Shown: positions 1-11,339 of the stretch, piece by piece
How positions within the stretch are numbered: position 1 is the first letter of the stretch
Layout: the number at the start of each line of letters is the position of its first letter
NCBI GenBank assembly: GCA_034530875.2
Contig: JAVRCJ020000004.1
Span: 192,001-256,000, forward strand
DNA from: Nostoc sp. DedSLP01
Lineage (GTDB): Bacteria > Cyanobacteriota > Cyanobacteriia > Cyanobacteriales > Nostocaceae
Direction: 5' to 3'
Length of the DNA stretch: 64,000 nt
Notes under the pieces: generated by a model
Database searches by the model: none
Seen by the model: only the letters and a program-made list of their open reading frames with translations
Told to the model about the DNA's origin: nothing
Position numbers and translations under genes: made by a program

Positions 1-530
1 TCACGATTACCAGGAACGCCCAACTCTTGAACTATTTCTGGCTCTACCCAAATACCATGAGCGCCCAAAAGAATCTGCGCCATCCATTTAGCCCTTGGTA
101 AATGAGTAGGCGAAGTAATAACTTTTACCTTGTGTACGCCCCATTTACGCAGTAAGGGAATACTATAATAAAAATTTTCAAAGGTAGAATTTGCACACTT
201 CTCTAACCAAACGTTGTCTAAGCTTGCGAATTCCCGTTGAAAAATTGACCGTATACAAGGATCTGGGGAACCATGAGAAATTAAAATCGGGATTTGCGGA
301 TATTGTTTTGCCTGTTGGACAACATAAGTTTCTCGACGTATACTGCCACCAAGCACAAAAAATGTGCCAACTGGCTGCGAAGAAGCAAAAACTAAGGTTA
401 TAGTAGTAAAAATCAACCAGATACCTAAAACAAAGTACAATCCAGCAGTTAGTTTTTGTAACAATTGCAACATTTTAACCAAAGTTTTTTTAATGGAAAT
501 TAATGGTTTGATAATAAATTTATGTTTCAT
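1..530 (-). CDS. YdcF/DUF218 family protein (3' end runs off window; not in ORF track)
   Basis: Manual translation from ATG at 530: MKHKFIIKP...TM...FFVLGGSIRRE...ILISHGS...VWLEKCANSTFENF...VITSPTHLPRA; VLGG, STFEN and TSxxHxPRA are DUF218 motifs. Confidence 0.8.
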   Translation of the reverse strand, partial: MKHKFIIKPLISIKKTLVKMLQLLQKLTAGLYFVLGIWLIFTTITLVFASSQPVGTFFVLGGSIRRETYVVQQAKQYPQIPILISHGSPDPCIRSIFQREFASLDNVWLEKCANSTFENFYYSIPLLRKWGVHKVKVITSPTHLPRAKWMAQILLGAHGIWVEPEIVQELGVPGNR

Positions 531-842
531 GAGTGAATATCAAAAGAGCCGATTCGATCGCTGCCTCACACCACTACAATTGAGTGTTTCAAGTGCTATC
601 TTATAAAAGTAATCTAACTTACAAATATGACGGCGATTGAAGTGTCACATCGCCAGTATAGCCTTCCGGAGAAGGCAAACAAACTCAGAAATGGTTATTG
701 ATAACTAATGCAGTATTTTTGGCATAATTACAATGCTAAAAGATTGAAAAAGCATAGCTGAGTTAGGGGTATAAAAACTTAAAAATTTTTAGAAAGCCTG
801 ATTGCTAAACTGTCAACAACACAATTATTCCAGATAATATAC

Positions 843-2186
843 ATGAACCAATCTGCGAAAAGTTACTCGCCGTTCCAATTAGCTTTGATTGGTGGAGCGA
901 TCGCTACGACTGCTACCATGTCTGTGTTCGGTTCCGCTTGGACTCGCGGTGTACGTGCAGCCCTCAGTCTACAAGACAGCCCGAAAGCGATAGTTGACCA
1001 AGTTTGGCAACTGGTGAATCATGAATATGTTGATAGCAAATTTAATCAACAAGATTGGCAAGCAACCAGGCAAAGCTTGTTGAATAAAGACTATTCCTCC
1101 CGCGAAGAAGCTTATGCTGCTATCCGCGAGGCATTACAAAGCTTGGGAGATCCTTACACTCGATTCATGGATCCCCAACAGTTTGAAGCCTTGACTAACC
1201 AAACCTCTGGTGAAGTCTCCGGGATTGGCGTTCGTATGGAAGTCAACGAAAAAACTCAGCGTCTAACTGTGGTCGAAGCCATAGAAAATTCTCCAGCACT
1301 GAAAGCTGGAATCAAAGCAGGCGACGAAATTTTGGCTATCGACGGCAAAGCCACTCTCAAAATGAAAGTGGATGACGCCTCCAAGTTGATTCGCGGCAAA
1401 GCCGGCACTCCCATCAGCCTACGGTTGAAACGCGCAGGACAAAATCCCTTTGAACTCAAGCTGACCAGAGCAAACATTGAAGTGCCAACGGTACGTTATA
1501 CCCTCAGGCAAGAAGGAAACCGACGCATAGGCTATATCCGTTTGCGAGAATTTAGCGCCCACGCCGCCGATCAAATGCAACGAGCTATCCGCGATTTGAA
1601 CACTAAGAAAGTTGATTCTTACGTGTTAGATTTACGGGGAAACCCCGGTGGTTTGTTACAAGCCAGCATTGAAATTGCTCGCATGTGGTACGATAATGGC
1701 GGCATTGTCAAGACTGTAGACCGTGTAGGAAGCACCGAGGAAACCAAAGCCAATCACACCGCCTTAACAAATCGTCCTTTAGCAGTATTGGTAGATGGTA
1801 ATTCTGCTAGTGCTAGCGAGATCCTCACAGGCGCACTCAAGGACAATAAGCGGGCGGTAGTTGTTGGCGGTCAAACCTTTGGCAAAGCCCTAGTGCAATC
1901 AGTTCACGAACTGGCCGATGGTTCTGGCTTGGCAGTTACCATTGCTCACTACTACACGCCTTTAGGAACTGATATTAACCATAAAGGAATTACACCAGAT
2001 ATCAAGCTAGACTTGACAGAGGCACAAGAGCGTCAGTTGGCTTCTAATCCAGATTTAATCGGAACTAAGAGCGATCCACAATATGCCCGCGCGATCGCAA
2101 TTTTATCAGGTAGCAACTTTGCTCAACCCCCATTAAATCAAAGTAACCAACCGATGAGCATCCGGGCTGGCGACCTGAAGTTTTAA
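843..2186 (+). CDS. ctpB: Carboxyl-terminal processing protease (S41), CtpB type
   Basis: PDZ region, LDLRGNPGG, SASASE (catalytic Ser), TFGKAL (catalytic Lys). Confidence 0.85.
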   Translation: MNQSAKSYSPFQLALIGGAIATTATMSVFGSAWTRGVRAALSLQDSPKAIVDQVWQLVNHEYVDSKFNQQDWQATRQSLLNKDYSSREEAYAAIREALQSLGDPYTRFMDPQQFEALTNQTSGEVSGIGVRMEVNEKTQRLTVVEAIENSPALKAGIKAGDEILAIDGKATLKMKVDDASKLIRGKAGTPISLRLKRAGQNPFELKLTRANIEVPTVRYTLRQEGNRRIGYIRLREFSAHAADQMQRAIRDLNTKKVDSYVLDLRGNPGGLLQASIEIARMWYDNGGIVKTVDRVGSTEETKANHTALTNRPLAVLVDGNSASASEILTGALKDNKRAVVVGGQTFGKALVQSVHELADGSGLAVTIAHYYTPLGTDINHKGITPDIKLDLTEAQERQLASNPDLIGTKSDPQYARAIAILSGSNFAQPPLNQSNQPMSIRAGDLKF

Positions 2187-2195
2187 GTTGAACAG

Positions 2196-2330
2196 AAGTC
2201 AGAATTTAGAATTTAGAATTCAGAATTCAGAATTCAGAATTCAGAATGAATAAAAGCCTTTATTTCTGATAACTTAGCAAAGTGTCTTTGCCTTTGCTTC
2301 TGGATTCTGACTCCTGAATTCTGAATTCTA
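2196..2330. repeat. STRR heptamer tract (AGAATTC/T)n with inverted counterpart
   Basis: About 7 AGAATTY units at 2201-2247; inverted TTCTGACTCCTGAATTCTGAATTCT at about 2305-2330. Confidence 0.8.
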
Positions 2331-2381
2331 ATCTTGATTGGGAATACTAATTAGTAGTTCCATCTGCAAAATCTTAAATTT

Positions 2382-3350
2382 ATGAATTATCAGCCAGTTG
2401 ATGCAACCACCGCCACCAAATTTTTGCCAATGGTATCGGTGGTTGTTCCTATTTATAATGGTGAGGCAGATTTACCAGATTTGCTCAATTGCCTATTGTC
2501 TCAAACTTATCCCAAAGACCGAGTAGAGTATTTACTCGTAGATAATAACAGCAGCGATCGCACTCTTAACTTTCTCAAAACAGCTGCTGAAAATAGCCCA
2601 ATTACAATTCGCCCCTTGAGCGAAAATGAAATTCAAAGCTCCTACGCAGCTCGTAATACCGGAATTCGCAAAGCCGTAGGCGAAATTATAGTTTTTACAG
2701 ATGCAGATTGCCGTCCCCAACCCCAATGGCTAGATGCATTAATAGAGCCTTTTGTCAATTTAGAAGTGATAATTGTTGCCGGGGAGATTTTGGCACTACC
2801 AGGCAAAACTTTGTTAGAACAACACGCAGACCGTGAGGAAACGCTGTCGCAAAAACACACCCTCGGTCATGCCTTTCGTCCTTACGGACAAACCGCTAAT
2901 TTGGCAATTCGCCGCATCGCTTTAGAAAAAGCAGGATTATTCCGTCCGTATCTGACCACTGGTGGCGATGCAGACATTTGCTGGCGAATTTTGGGCGAAA
3001 ACATCGGGCGTTTGGAATTTGCCCCAAATGCCATCGTCCAGCACCGCCACCGGATTACGCTTTTGGAACTGCAAAGTCAATGGCGGCGTTATGGACGTTC
3101 CAATCGCTATTTACACGAACTGTATGGTGTAGATTTAATGCGAGATATCGCGCTTGGTGAATGCGGTTATCGTTTGGCGCGTTGGTTATTAAAAGAAATA
3201 CCAAAAGATATTATCAAGGCGATCGCAGGTAAAGCAACCCTTGTAGATTTAGTAAATACTCCTATTGGTTTATTTACAGCGAGGGCACGTACAACTGGAC
3301 AAAGAGAGGCCAAACTGCCAGAGAAAGCCAAGATAATTGCCAGGCTCTAA
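2382..3350 (+). CDS. Glycosyltransferase family 2
   Basis: VSVVVPIYN, VDNNSSD, FTDADC (DxD), QWRRY motifs. Confidence 0.9.
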   Translation: MNYQPVDATTATKFLPMVSVVVPIYNGEADLPDLLNCLLSQTYPKDRVEYLLVDNNSSDRTLNFLKTAAENSPITIRPLSENEIQSSYAARNTGIRKAVGEIIVFTDADCRPQPQWLDALIEPFVNLEVIIVAGEILALPGKTLLEQHADREETLSQKHTLGHAFRPYGQTANLAIRRIALEKAGLFRPYLTTGGDADICWRILGENIGRLEFAPNAIVQHRHRITLLELQSQWRRYGRSNRYLHELYGVDLMRDIALGECGYRLARWLLKEIPKDIIKAIAGKATLVDLVNTPIGLFTARARTTGQREAKLPEKAKIIARL

Positions 3351-3666
3351 CAACACTAGAAAGCTTGTTCGGTGGGTATTTATAGTCTTTCACACTACTA
3401 GATACCAAACGCTCTGGTCGCTCTAAAACTAATAACTTAAAATGTTATTTTACAAATAATTTTGATTTGTTAAATGTATCTTAAGAGGTATTTGAAAAAA
3501 TACGTAAAGTTAATATAATTTACTTCATTAATATTTAACTAATATATAAAGCAAATTCTGCTAAATTTGTTTGTACATTTCTCGACCCTTGCAACTAACC
3601 GCTGATCGGCTGCTTAACAAAAGGTGTAGAATTTGCTTTCATTTATAGTTTTCCGATTTGAGCCGC

Positions 3667-5652
3667 ATGAACGTAGATGGGTTTAGTCAACACATAGAAA
3701 AATTGCGCTCACAAATACAGGAACTACTGCAACAAAGTGCAACTAAGCCCAACTCAGAACAAGAAATAATAATAGAAGCTTTCGAGGAACTCCATACCAC
3801 AGTGGAAGAACTATTAACGCTTTCTGAGGAGTTAGAGGTCACACGAGCAGCACTAGACAAAGAACGCCAGCGTTACCGAGATTTGTTTGAGTTCGCTCCA
3901 GATGGTTATTTGGTAACTAACACCACAGGAACAATCCAAGAAGCCAACCATGCAGCAGCAACCTTGCTTAATGTCCGCCAACAGTATCTAGTAGGTAAAC
4001 CATTAATTATTTTTATTGCTCAGCAAGACCGCCAGTTCTTTAGCTCTCAAATAAACAATTTACAAAAGCAACTCAACTGGGAAATTAACCTACAGCCACG
4101 ATCGGGAAAGCCCGTTCCTGTTAGCGTTAGAGTGTCTGGGGTATATAACGAAAAAGCAAAACAAATCGGTTGGCGCTGGGTACTATGCAACATTACCGAA
4201 CGCAAACAAGCTCAAGAAATGTTGCACCAAGCTTACGAGCAGTTAGAAATACGCGTGGCAGAACGGACAGCAGAATTGGTAAAAGCAAATCAAAAATTGC
4301 TGACTGAAATTACAGAGCGCAAACGAGCCGAGTCACAGCTGCTCCACCTTGCATATCACGATGCATTAACGGGTTTGCCAAATCGTGCTGCATTTATTAA
4401 TCGCTTAAAACATGCGATTAATTATTCCAAAAGGCATTCAGATTATTTATTTGCTGTACTATTTATCGATATAGATCGATTTAAAGTTATCAATGACAGT
4501 CTCGGACACCAGAAAGGAGACCAATTTTTGCTTGCCATTGCAGGTAGACTCGAAGTATGTGTACGCTCCATAGACACAGCAGCACGGCTTGGGGGAGACG
4601 AATTTACAATCCTGTTAGAGGGAATTCAAGATGTTTCAGACGCCATCAAAGTTGCTGAGCGCATCGAACAAGAACTGAAATTACCCTTTGAGCTTGACGG
4701 ACAAGAAATCTTCACAACAGCAAGTATTGGTATCGCCTTAAGTTCAACAGTAGATTATCAACGACCAGAAGACGTGCTAAGAGATGCTGACAGCGCAATG
4801 TACCGAGCTAAGATGCTCGGCAGAGCGCGTTACGAACTATTCAACTCGATTATGTATGCTCATGCTCTGGCAAAATTACAGTTAGAGACAGATTTGCGCC
4901 GAGCAATTGAGCGCCTTGAATTGCAGGTTTATTATCAACCAATTGTTTCCCTAGCTAGTGGTTCTATTTTAGGTTTTGAAGCTTTGTTGCGCTGGGAGCA
5001 TCCAGAGCGCGGTCTGCTATATCCAGGAGATTTTATTTCCCTAGCCGAAGAAACTGGGCTAATTTCCTCCATTGGCAAGTGGGTGTTGCATGAAGCCTGT
5101 AGCCAAATGCAAACTTGGCGCGCGTCCTATCCTTATAACTTGCTCAAAAAAATTAGTGTCAATCTCTCGCTCAAGCAATTTTATCAGCGAGATTTAATTG
5201 AAGAGATTAGGCAAATATTAGAATCTACTGGTCTGGATGCTGAGAGTTTAGTATTAGATATTACTGAAAATCTAATTGTGGAAAATGGCGATCGCGCAAC
5301 TGCTGCACTCCTAGAACTTCGGGAAATGGGCATTGAGTTATCAATTGATGACTTTGGTACAGGCTGCTCTTCATTAAGTCGTCTTTATAACTTTCCAATT
5401 AGTCTGTTGAAGATAGACCGTTCTTTTATCAGTTCCATTAACGGTAATAGTAGAGATTTAGAAATTATTGAAATACTTGTGACCTTGGCACATAAACTAG
5501 GTGTGGATGTGCTTGCTAAAGGAATAGAAACAAAAGAGCAACTAGCACTTCTGAGAAACTTGAACTGTGAATACGGACAAGGACATTTTTTCGCAGTTCC
5601 ATTAAACCGTTCAGCGGCAGAGGTATTAATTAAGGCAAATCCTCAGTGGTAA
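3667..5652 (+). CDS. PAS-GGDEF-EAL protein (diguanylate cyclase with possibly impaired EAL domain)
   Basis: Coiled coil, PAS, HDALTGLPNR, ARLGGDEF, FEALLRW, DDFGTG; ATG at 3667 preferred over TTG 3658. Confidence 0.9.
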   Translation: MNVDGFSQHIEKLRSQIQELLQQSATKPNSEQEIIIEAFEELHTTVEELLTLSEELEVTRAALDKERQRYRDLFEFAPDGYLVTNTTGTIQEANHAAATLLNVRQQYLVGKPLIIFIAQQDRQFFSSQINNLQKQLNWEINLQPRSGKPVPVSVRVSGVYNEKAKQIGWRWVLCNITERKQAQEMLHQAYEQLEIRVAERTAELVKANQKLLTEITERKRAESQLLHLAYHDALTGLPNRAAFINRLKHAINYSKRHSDYLFAVLFIDIDRFKVINDSLGHQKGDQFLLAIAGRLEVCVRSIDTAARLGGDEFTILLEGIQDVSDAIKVAERIEQELKLPFELDGQEIFTTASIGIALSSTVDYQRPEDVLRDADSAMYRAKMLGRARYELFNSIMYAHALAKLQLETDLRRAIERLELQVYYQPIVSLASGSILGFEALLRWEHPERGLLYPGDFISLAEETGLISSIGKWVLHEACSQMQTWRASYPYNLLKKISVNLSLKQFYQRDLIEEIRQILESTGLDAESLVLDITENLIVENGDRATAALLELREMGIELSIDDFGTGCSSLSRLYNFPISLLKIDRSFISSINGNSRDLEIIEILVTLAHKLGVDVLAKGIETKEQLALLRNLNCEYGQGHFFAVPLNRSAAEVLIKANPQW

Positions 5653-5773
5653 AGTTTTTTGCAAGGTTTTTGAGCCGTTTAAAATCTTCTGAGGTGCTAG
5701 AGATCGAATCAGATTGCTCAATGCTTGTCAACTTTCGCTAAATTGGAACAAGGTGAGCTTAAGGAAATTTTCA

Positions 5774-6469
5774 ATGTCAGCACAACTGCTACTGGTGGAT
5801 GATGAACCAGGAATACGGGAAGCGGTGAAAGACTATTTGCAAGAGAGTGGTTTCAACGTTCAAATCGCCAGTAACGCCGTTGAGGGTTGGGAATTGATGC
5901 AGGTCAATACACCCGATCTAGTCATTTCCGATGTTATGATGCCTCAGGTGGACGGCTATCAGTTCCTCAAACAACTGCGAGAAGACCCTCGTTTCCAAGC
6001 ACTCCCCGTAGTATTTTTAACTGCTAAAGGCATGACAGGCGATCGCATTCAAGGCTATCAAGCTGGTGTTGATGCTTATCTTCCGAAACCCTTTGACCCA
6101 GATGAGCTAGTTGCCATAGTCGAAAATTTGCTGGCCCGTCGCATCGCTAAAGCTCAAGCTACAGCAGATGACCTTGAAACCCCTGATATTGCTGAACTAG
6201 CCAATCAGATTGCTCAAATCAAGGCATTGTTAACTCAAAGAAATGCCATTTCCCAATCGCCAGCTCCTTTCAAAATTGATTTGACCCCCAGAGAACAAAG
6301 TGTTTTAAACTTAGTTGCCGAAGGGCTAATGAACAAAGAAATTGCCCGTCGTCTGGAAACTAGCGTCCGTAACGTAGAAAAATATGTCAGCCGCTTGTTT
6401 AGTAAAACCGGTACTAATAGCCGTACAGAGTTAGTTCGTTTTGCTTTAGAACACGGTCTTGCTAAATAA
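5774..6469 (+). CDS. orrA: NarL/LuxR response regulator, Ycf29/Rre1 (OrrA) orthologue
   Basis: MSAQLLLVDD receiver plus LTPREQSVL...NKEIA...NVEKYVSRLFSKTGTNSRTELVRFAL, the signature of cyanobacterial Rre1/Ycf29. Confidence 0.75.
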   Translation: MSAQLLLVDDEPGIREAVKDYLQESGFNVQIASNAVEGWELMQVNTPDLVISDVMMPQVDGYQFLKQLREDPRFQALPVVFLTAKGMTGDRIQGYQAGVDAYLPKPFDPDELVAIVENLLARRIAKAQATADDLETPDIAELANQIAQIKALLTQRNAISQSPAPFKIDLTPREQSVLNLVAEGLMNKEIARRLETSVRNVEKYVSRLFSKTGTNSRTELVRFALEHGLAK

Positions 6470-6964
6470 GTATTAGCATCGGGCATTGGGGCATTGGGGA
6501 AGCAGTGATGGGTACTTCCTGCCTCCTGCCTCAAAACCCGTAACTTTGCACCTCATGTAAATGAAAACTGCTGTAATTACTTCAGCAAATCAAAACACTT
6601 ATACCATTTCACCAAAATCCCGATCCAACTTACTCCATCTGCTTCCTCTGCCTCCCTTGTTTATCTGACGCCACATCTGTAAAGACACAGAGTTTTGTTT
6701 TTCGCTTAATCTTTTGATATCAACTTCGGTAAAATGCACCCGGCTAAATTTGCTTTGAGTTCTACCAGTAACCTTTGCTACAAAGTTTTTAATCAAAGAA
6801 ACTGTTCCTGGGACTTTGTGCTGCTAAATAAGACTTTCACAAAGCAGAAATCAAAATAATTTTATGAATTCTACTTACTGCTTAGTTTTTATTGCAACCA
6901 GGGTATGAGATTGCTATTTGGTTTGATACCTAATTTTGGTTTTTTTACTACTTAAATTACACCT

Positions 6965-7249
6965 TTAAATTGGTGGATTTTCAGCAGCATTACGCAAGCG
7001 CATTAGCTGGCGTCGCATTTGAGGTGAGGCTTTGAACTCTGAGACTTCCTGTGCTTTAACAGACGCTTGTAGCGTCTCCAGAAAATCGTCAGAACCCTCG
7101 GTTAAAGCATCGAGTAATACCTGTAAGAGTTGCTCGCGATCGCCCAATAGACTCTTTTCCTCAATCAAGCGAAATTTAAGATGTATTTCGCACTCATAAA
7201 CACCTACTTCGAGATTATTGATTTGGCGTGGTAATGCTTTGGAGTTCAT
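6965..7249 (-). CDS. Npun_R1517/Asr1734 family negative regulator of heterocyst development
   Basis: MNSKALPRQINNLEVGVYECEIHLKFRLIEEK matches the family as recalled; divergent from ndhM as in Anabaena. Confidence 0.85.
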   Translation of the reverse strand: MNSKALPRQINNLEVGVYECEIHLKFRLIEEKSLLGDREQLLQVLLDALTEGSDDFLETLQASVKAQEVSEFKASPQMRRQLMRLRNAAENPPI

Positions 7250-8156
7250 ACGCTATTGAGATTCCTTTACTTGGTAGTCATGAAGGTAAGGAGGTAGATG
7301 TCCAGCAAAAGTTCTTTATATCTTTTTTCAATCCAAAGTGCTTGAATTAAGAATTTTTCTTCATCAAACACCTTTGTATTTCATTTCACTCTCCTGTGTT
7401 TTGCTTTCAAGCTGAATTTTCAGTGTATAGATTTTGATGTTACTGTGCCAGATGTAGCTTATGTTAAGCCATAACTATTATTCAGTTTTTAAGATTCTAC
7501 ACAATAAAGTTTCTGTAAGAAGTTGTCCGAGCTTTTTAAAGCTTTTTACATCAATTTTATGAGAACGTCAATAACAGTTTGAGTTGTTACTTGATTTTTG
7601 GTGTTATTACGTAAGTAAAAGCGCTGGTTTTTTTTCCTTTTCTTAATCCCAGACCTGAGTGTAGCGCTATTCCGTAAAATTACTAGATGTACGTTTTTTT
7701 CAAGAGCAAATTTGAGGAGAAATTAAGTTGCATAGTTATTAAGGTAAAAATTTTTGTTCCCGAACAAAAATGTACACAGATCAAATTATCCCAATCAAAT
7801 ACGCGCTCCTAGTGTCTTCTAGGCTTAATAAATACAAAAACCTTAGCAGTAGACAACGATACCATACTGTCGAGACAATGTTTGTCTACCCTAAATAAAA
7901 ATACCCGGTCAATAATCCTGGTGTGAAAATTATAAGTCTACTGACAGTACTAAGAAATAACTGCAACTTCAACTACTAATACTAGTCAAACCAGTAATCA
8001 GTACAAACAATATTTTTACTGAAGTCAATTCAATCTACTCTTTTTGAAACTACCTGAAAGCTTGGAGATGAAAGCTTGTAAATTTCAGAGCATTCAAGCA
8101 TGAATATAACGTTTACAATATTTTCAGTGTAATTCACCCAAATCTTACACCTTTTT

Positions 8157-8516
8157 ATGGATAACCCGATGCTGCTCAAGTCCACAACTCGGCATATCCG
8201 CATTTTTGCGGCTGAAATTGACCGGGATGGCGAACTAGTTCCTAGCGATCAAGTCTTAACGTTAGATATTGACCCAGATAATGAATTTAACTGGAATGAA
8301 GATGCGCTGCAAAAGGTTTATCGAAAATTTGATGAACTTGTAGAAGCATCTAGCGGTGCAGACCTGACAGACTATAACTTACGCCGTGTCGGGTCAGACT
8401 TGGAGCATTATTTGCGATCGCTCCTACAAAAAGGCGAAATCAGCTACAATCTCTCCGGCCGTGTTACCAATTACAGCATGGGAATTCCCCAAGTTGCGAT
8501 TGACGACAAGCAATAA
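8157..8516 (+). CDS. ndhM: NDH-1 subunit M
   Basis: MLLKSTTRHIRIF...LTLDIDPDNEFNW...LTDYNLRRVGSDLEH signature. Confidence 0.95.
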   Translation: MDNPMLLKSTTRHIRIFAAEIDRDGELVPSDQVLTLDIDPDNEFNWNEDALQKVYRKFDELVEASSGADLTDYNLRRVGSDLEHYLRSLLQKGEISYNLSGRVTNYSMGIPQVAIDDKQ

Positions 8517-8529
8517 GGTAGAGAATTAG

Positions 8530-8665
8530 GGCATTGGGGATGGGGCATTGGGATTGGAGTGTGGGAAGTGTGGGGGGAAAGAGAATTTATGCTTCTCCCT
8601 CCTCTTTTTGCTCGCACACCTCCCTCTCCTCCCACATCTCCCTACCTCTCCATCGCCCCATTTCT
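8530..8665. repeat. G-rich/C-rich repeat element with conserved 16-bp core (copy 1, reverse orientation)
   Basis: GAAAGAGAATTTATGC at 8577-8592 is the reverse complement of the core at 26179 and 30989. Confidence 0.7.
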
Positions 8666-9077
8666 CAGCTACTTTTGGCAAAAGTGTATCGGCTATCTTA
8701 ATTCTTAATTAAAGTTAATTATTGCTATCCTACTTATAAAGTATATAAATACCAAGACAATCGGCATATTAAACATGAACTAATTCAGCAAAATTAAATA
8801 GCACAGTTATGCTTGGGTTATGCTTTGGTGACACCCTTGGAATTAGTTGCTTTGGCGATGGAGAGTCCCAGAGCAATAGAAGCTATGATGGGGCTGTAGG
8901 GTTAACTTGGGAGCGTATTCTTTAGATAAGTTAAGTAGTATTAGCACCTGTTGATAACCGCCAGCTAAAATCATCATCTAAAGCCTGTATATATCAAGTT
9001 GAAGAAACAAGAGCGGTCTAGATTGTCCCTACTAATGCTGTTAAAGAAATTGCCAATCTCCGATCGGTGGGAAAACT

Positions 9078-11339
9078 ATGGAAAATGATGCGGCAACGCT
9101 CTACTGTCCAAATGAAAATTGTCAGGCTGCTAATCCCCTGACTCATAAGTTTTGCCAACGATGTTCCACGCCCCTACCGAAAAACTACCTCTGGGCTGTG
9201 GTGGATAGCCAGAGTTTGGGTACGCCTGGAAAAATATTAGCCGATCGCTATTTAATCCTTGATAAATTCGTTCTATTAGATACGAAGCCTGGTTTCTTAA
9301 CTCTAACGCCGGAATTAGATAATTTACAAATTCCCAGAGCCTATCTCAGGCTGATTCCCTACCGCTTACACGTACCGCAAGTATATGGAGTCCTTTCTTT
9401 ACCCGATAAATCCTCGGTACGCGACATATTACTTTTAGAAAAACCGCCACTATTGTTCGATGAGAAAACCCAACAAGTACATGTAGGTAGCGAGTTGACA
9501 GCTGCTTGGGGCGATGTGACATCGATGCGGCAACTCAATTGGTTGTGGCAGATAGCTCATTTGTGGCAACCTCTGGCAAGTGAAGGTGTCGTTTCTAGCT
9601 TACTAGACTCATCTGTGTTACGGGTAGAAGGCTCCTTAGTCCGTTTGTTGGAATTGCGCTTCGACGATGGTGCAACACCAGAATTGCCCGAATTAGGTAA
9701 GTTCTGGCAGCAGCTAATCGCTAATGCCAAGCCAGCTATAGCAGAATTTGTCGATCGCATTAGCGCGTCTTTAATCCAAGGAGAAATCCACTCAACCGAA
9801 CAATTAATTGCAGCTTTAGATCGGGGACTAGCACAACTAGGGCGATCGCAAACACCCACAATCAAAATTATCACCAAAACCGATACCGGGCCTAGCCGCC
9901 AACGTAACGAAGACGCCTGTAGCCCACCCAGTGGCACTTTGGTGAGCAAACCACCCCAGCCTACAGCCTTAGCAATTGTCTGTGATGGCATCGGCGGACA
10001 CGAGGGCGGTAACGTGGCATCAAATTTAGCCATTGAAACAATCCAACAGCAGGTACAGCAGCTCACCAAAGTTCCCTACGACCACATAGACCCCTCACTG
10101 CTACTGAATGACTTAGAAAAAGCAGTGGCAATGGCTAACGACAAAATTAGCCAGCGCAATGACAGCGAAAATCGCCACGGGCGTCAGCGTATGGGCACAA
10201 CTTTAGTTATGGCATTGCCTGTCGCCCACGAAATGTATATTACCCACGTCGGCGATAGTCGTGCCTACTGGATTACACGCCAAGGCTGCTATCAAGTTAC
10301 CCTTGATGATGATGTCGCTTCTCGGGAAGTGCGCCTGGGTTATGCCATTTACCGCGACGCCGTGCAACAAAGTTCCGCTGGTTCCCTCGTGCAAGCCTTG
10401 GGAATGGGGCCTAGCAATTCATTGCATCCCACATCTGCACGATTTATGCTCGATGAAGATGCAGTTTTTCTCCTGACATCCGATGGTTTGAGCGATTTCG
10501 ATCGCATAGAGGAGTACTGGGAAACAGAAATTTTGCCGATTTTGCTTGGGGAAGCAAACATTACTAATGTTGCAGATAGATTAGTAGAAATTGCCAATAC
10601 AAAGAACGGACACGATAATGTCACCGTCGCTTTAGTACACTATCAAGTCCAATATTGGGAACCAGAAATCGTCATTCAAGCAGTTATCCCAGAAAGTTAC
10701 TCGCCAAAAACTGTTGATTTGTCATCCAGAGCAACAAATACGGCAGTTTTAAATAGCCCAAACCAGAAAACTCAAGTAATTGAAGACACTCAGCCTTCCA
10801 AAACTTCCCACCAATTACCTCTACAGTGGATAGTCCCGTTACTATTTGTTCTGGCAGCAGGTACTGTGGGATTATTCGTCAAATATTTGCGATCGCAACC
10901 AGGTCTTCCAATTTTATCTTCCCATTCCACGCCAACTCAAAACCCTACTATTACACCCACGCAGCCACAGAGAACCCTAACTAATCTTGCTCCTGGCTGG
11001 GTGATTCAAACCACCAAGGAAATACCCTTAGAAAACAACCAACCGCTTCCTGCTAAAACTTTTTTAGAAGCGATCGACACTCAACCAAATCCCAAACCTA
11101 CATCTGGGGATTTTTCTGTACTGATGCGAGTCTGTAACAATAAACCTACATCGGCTCCAGGAGCCTCCCCAGTACCACCCACATCAAAACCTGGATCTAA
11201 ACCAAGCGAACAAGTATCGATTAAATTTTCCCAACTCAAGAATTCTGGAGTCTCTGTTTTGCCATCAGACGCACCAAATCCTTGTAAAACTGTTACCCAA
11301 CCATCAGTTACTCCAGCAGCTGATACCAGTTCAACTTAG
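9078..11339 (+). CDS. prpJ: Membrane PP2C Ser/Thr phosphatase with N-terminal Cys-rich zinc ribbon (PrpJ type)
   Basis: CPxxxC..CxxC N-terminus; RQRNEDA, VCDGIGGH, MGTT, HVGDSRAY, LLTSDGL, GHDNVT; C-terminal TM and Pro-rich tail; follows ndhM. Confidence 0.8.
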   Translation: MENDAATLYCPNENCQAANPLTHKFCQRCSTPLPKNYLWAVVDSQSLGTPGKILADRYLILDKFVLLDTKPGFLTLTPELDNLQIPRAYLRLIPYRLHVPQVYGVLSLPDKSSVRDILLLEKPPLLFDEKTQQVHVGSELTAAWGDVTSMRQLNWLWQIAHLWQPLASEGVVSSLLDSSVLRVEGSLVRLLELRFDDGATPELPELGKFWQQLIANAKPAIAEFVDRISASLIQGEIHSTEQLIAALDRGLAQLGRSQTPTIKIITKTDTGPSRQRNEDACSPPSGTLVSKPPQPTALAIVCDGIGGHEGGNVASNLAIETIQQQVQQLTKVPYDHIDPSLLLNDLEKAVAMANDKISQRNDSENRHGRQRMGTTLVMALPVAHEMYITHVGDSRAYWITRQGCYQVTLDDDVASREVRLGYAIYRDAVQQSSAGSLVQALGMGPSNSLHPTSARFMLDEDAVFLLTSDGLSDFDRIEEYWETEILPILLGEANITNVADRLVEIANTKNGHDNVTVALVHYQVQYWEPEIVIQAVIPESYSPKTVDLSSRATNTAVLNSPNQKTQVIEDTQPSKTSHQLPLQWIVPLLFVLAAGTVGLFVKYLRSQPGLPILSSHSTPTQNPTITPTQPQRTLTNLAPGWVIQTTKEIPLENNQPLPAKTFLEAIDTQPNPKPTSGDFSVLMRVCNNKPTSAPGASPVPPTSKPGSKPSEQVSIKFSQLKNSGVSVLPSDAPNPCKTVTQPSVTPAADTSST

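Noticed and set aside
191..606. Plus-strand ORFs 191-403 and 364-606
   Set aside because: Antisense shadows of the DUF218 gene.
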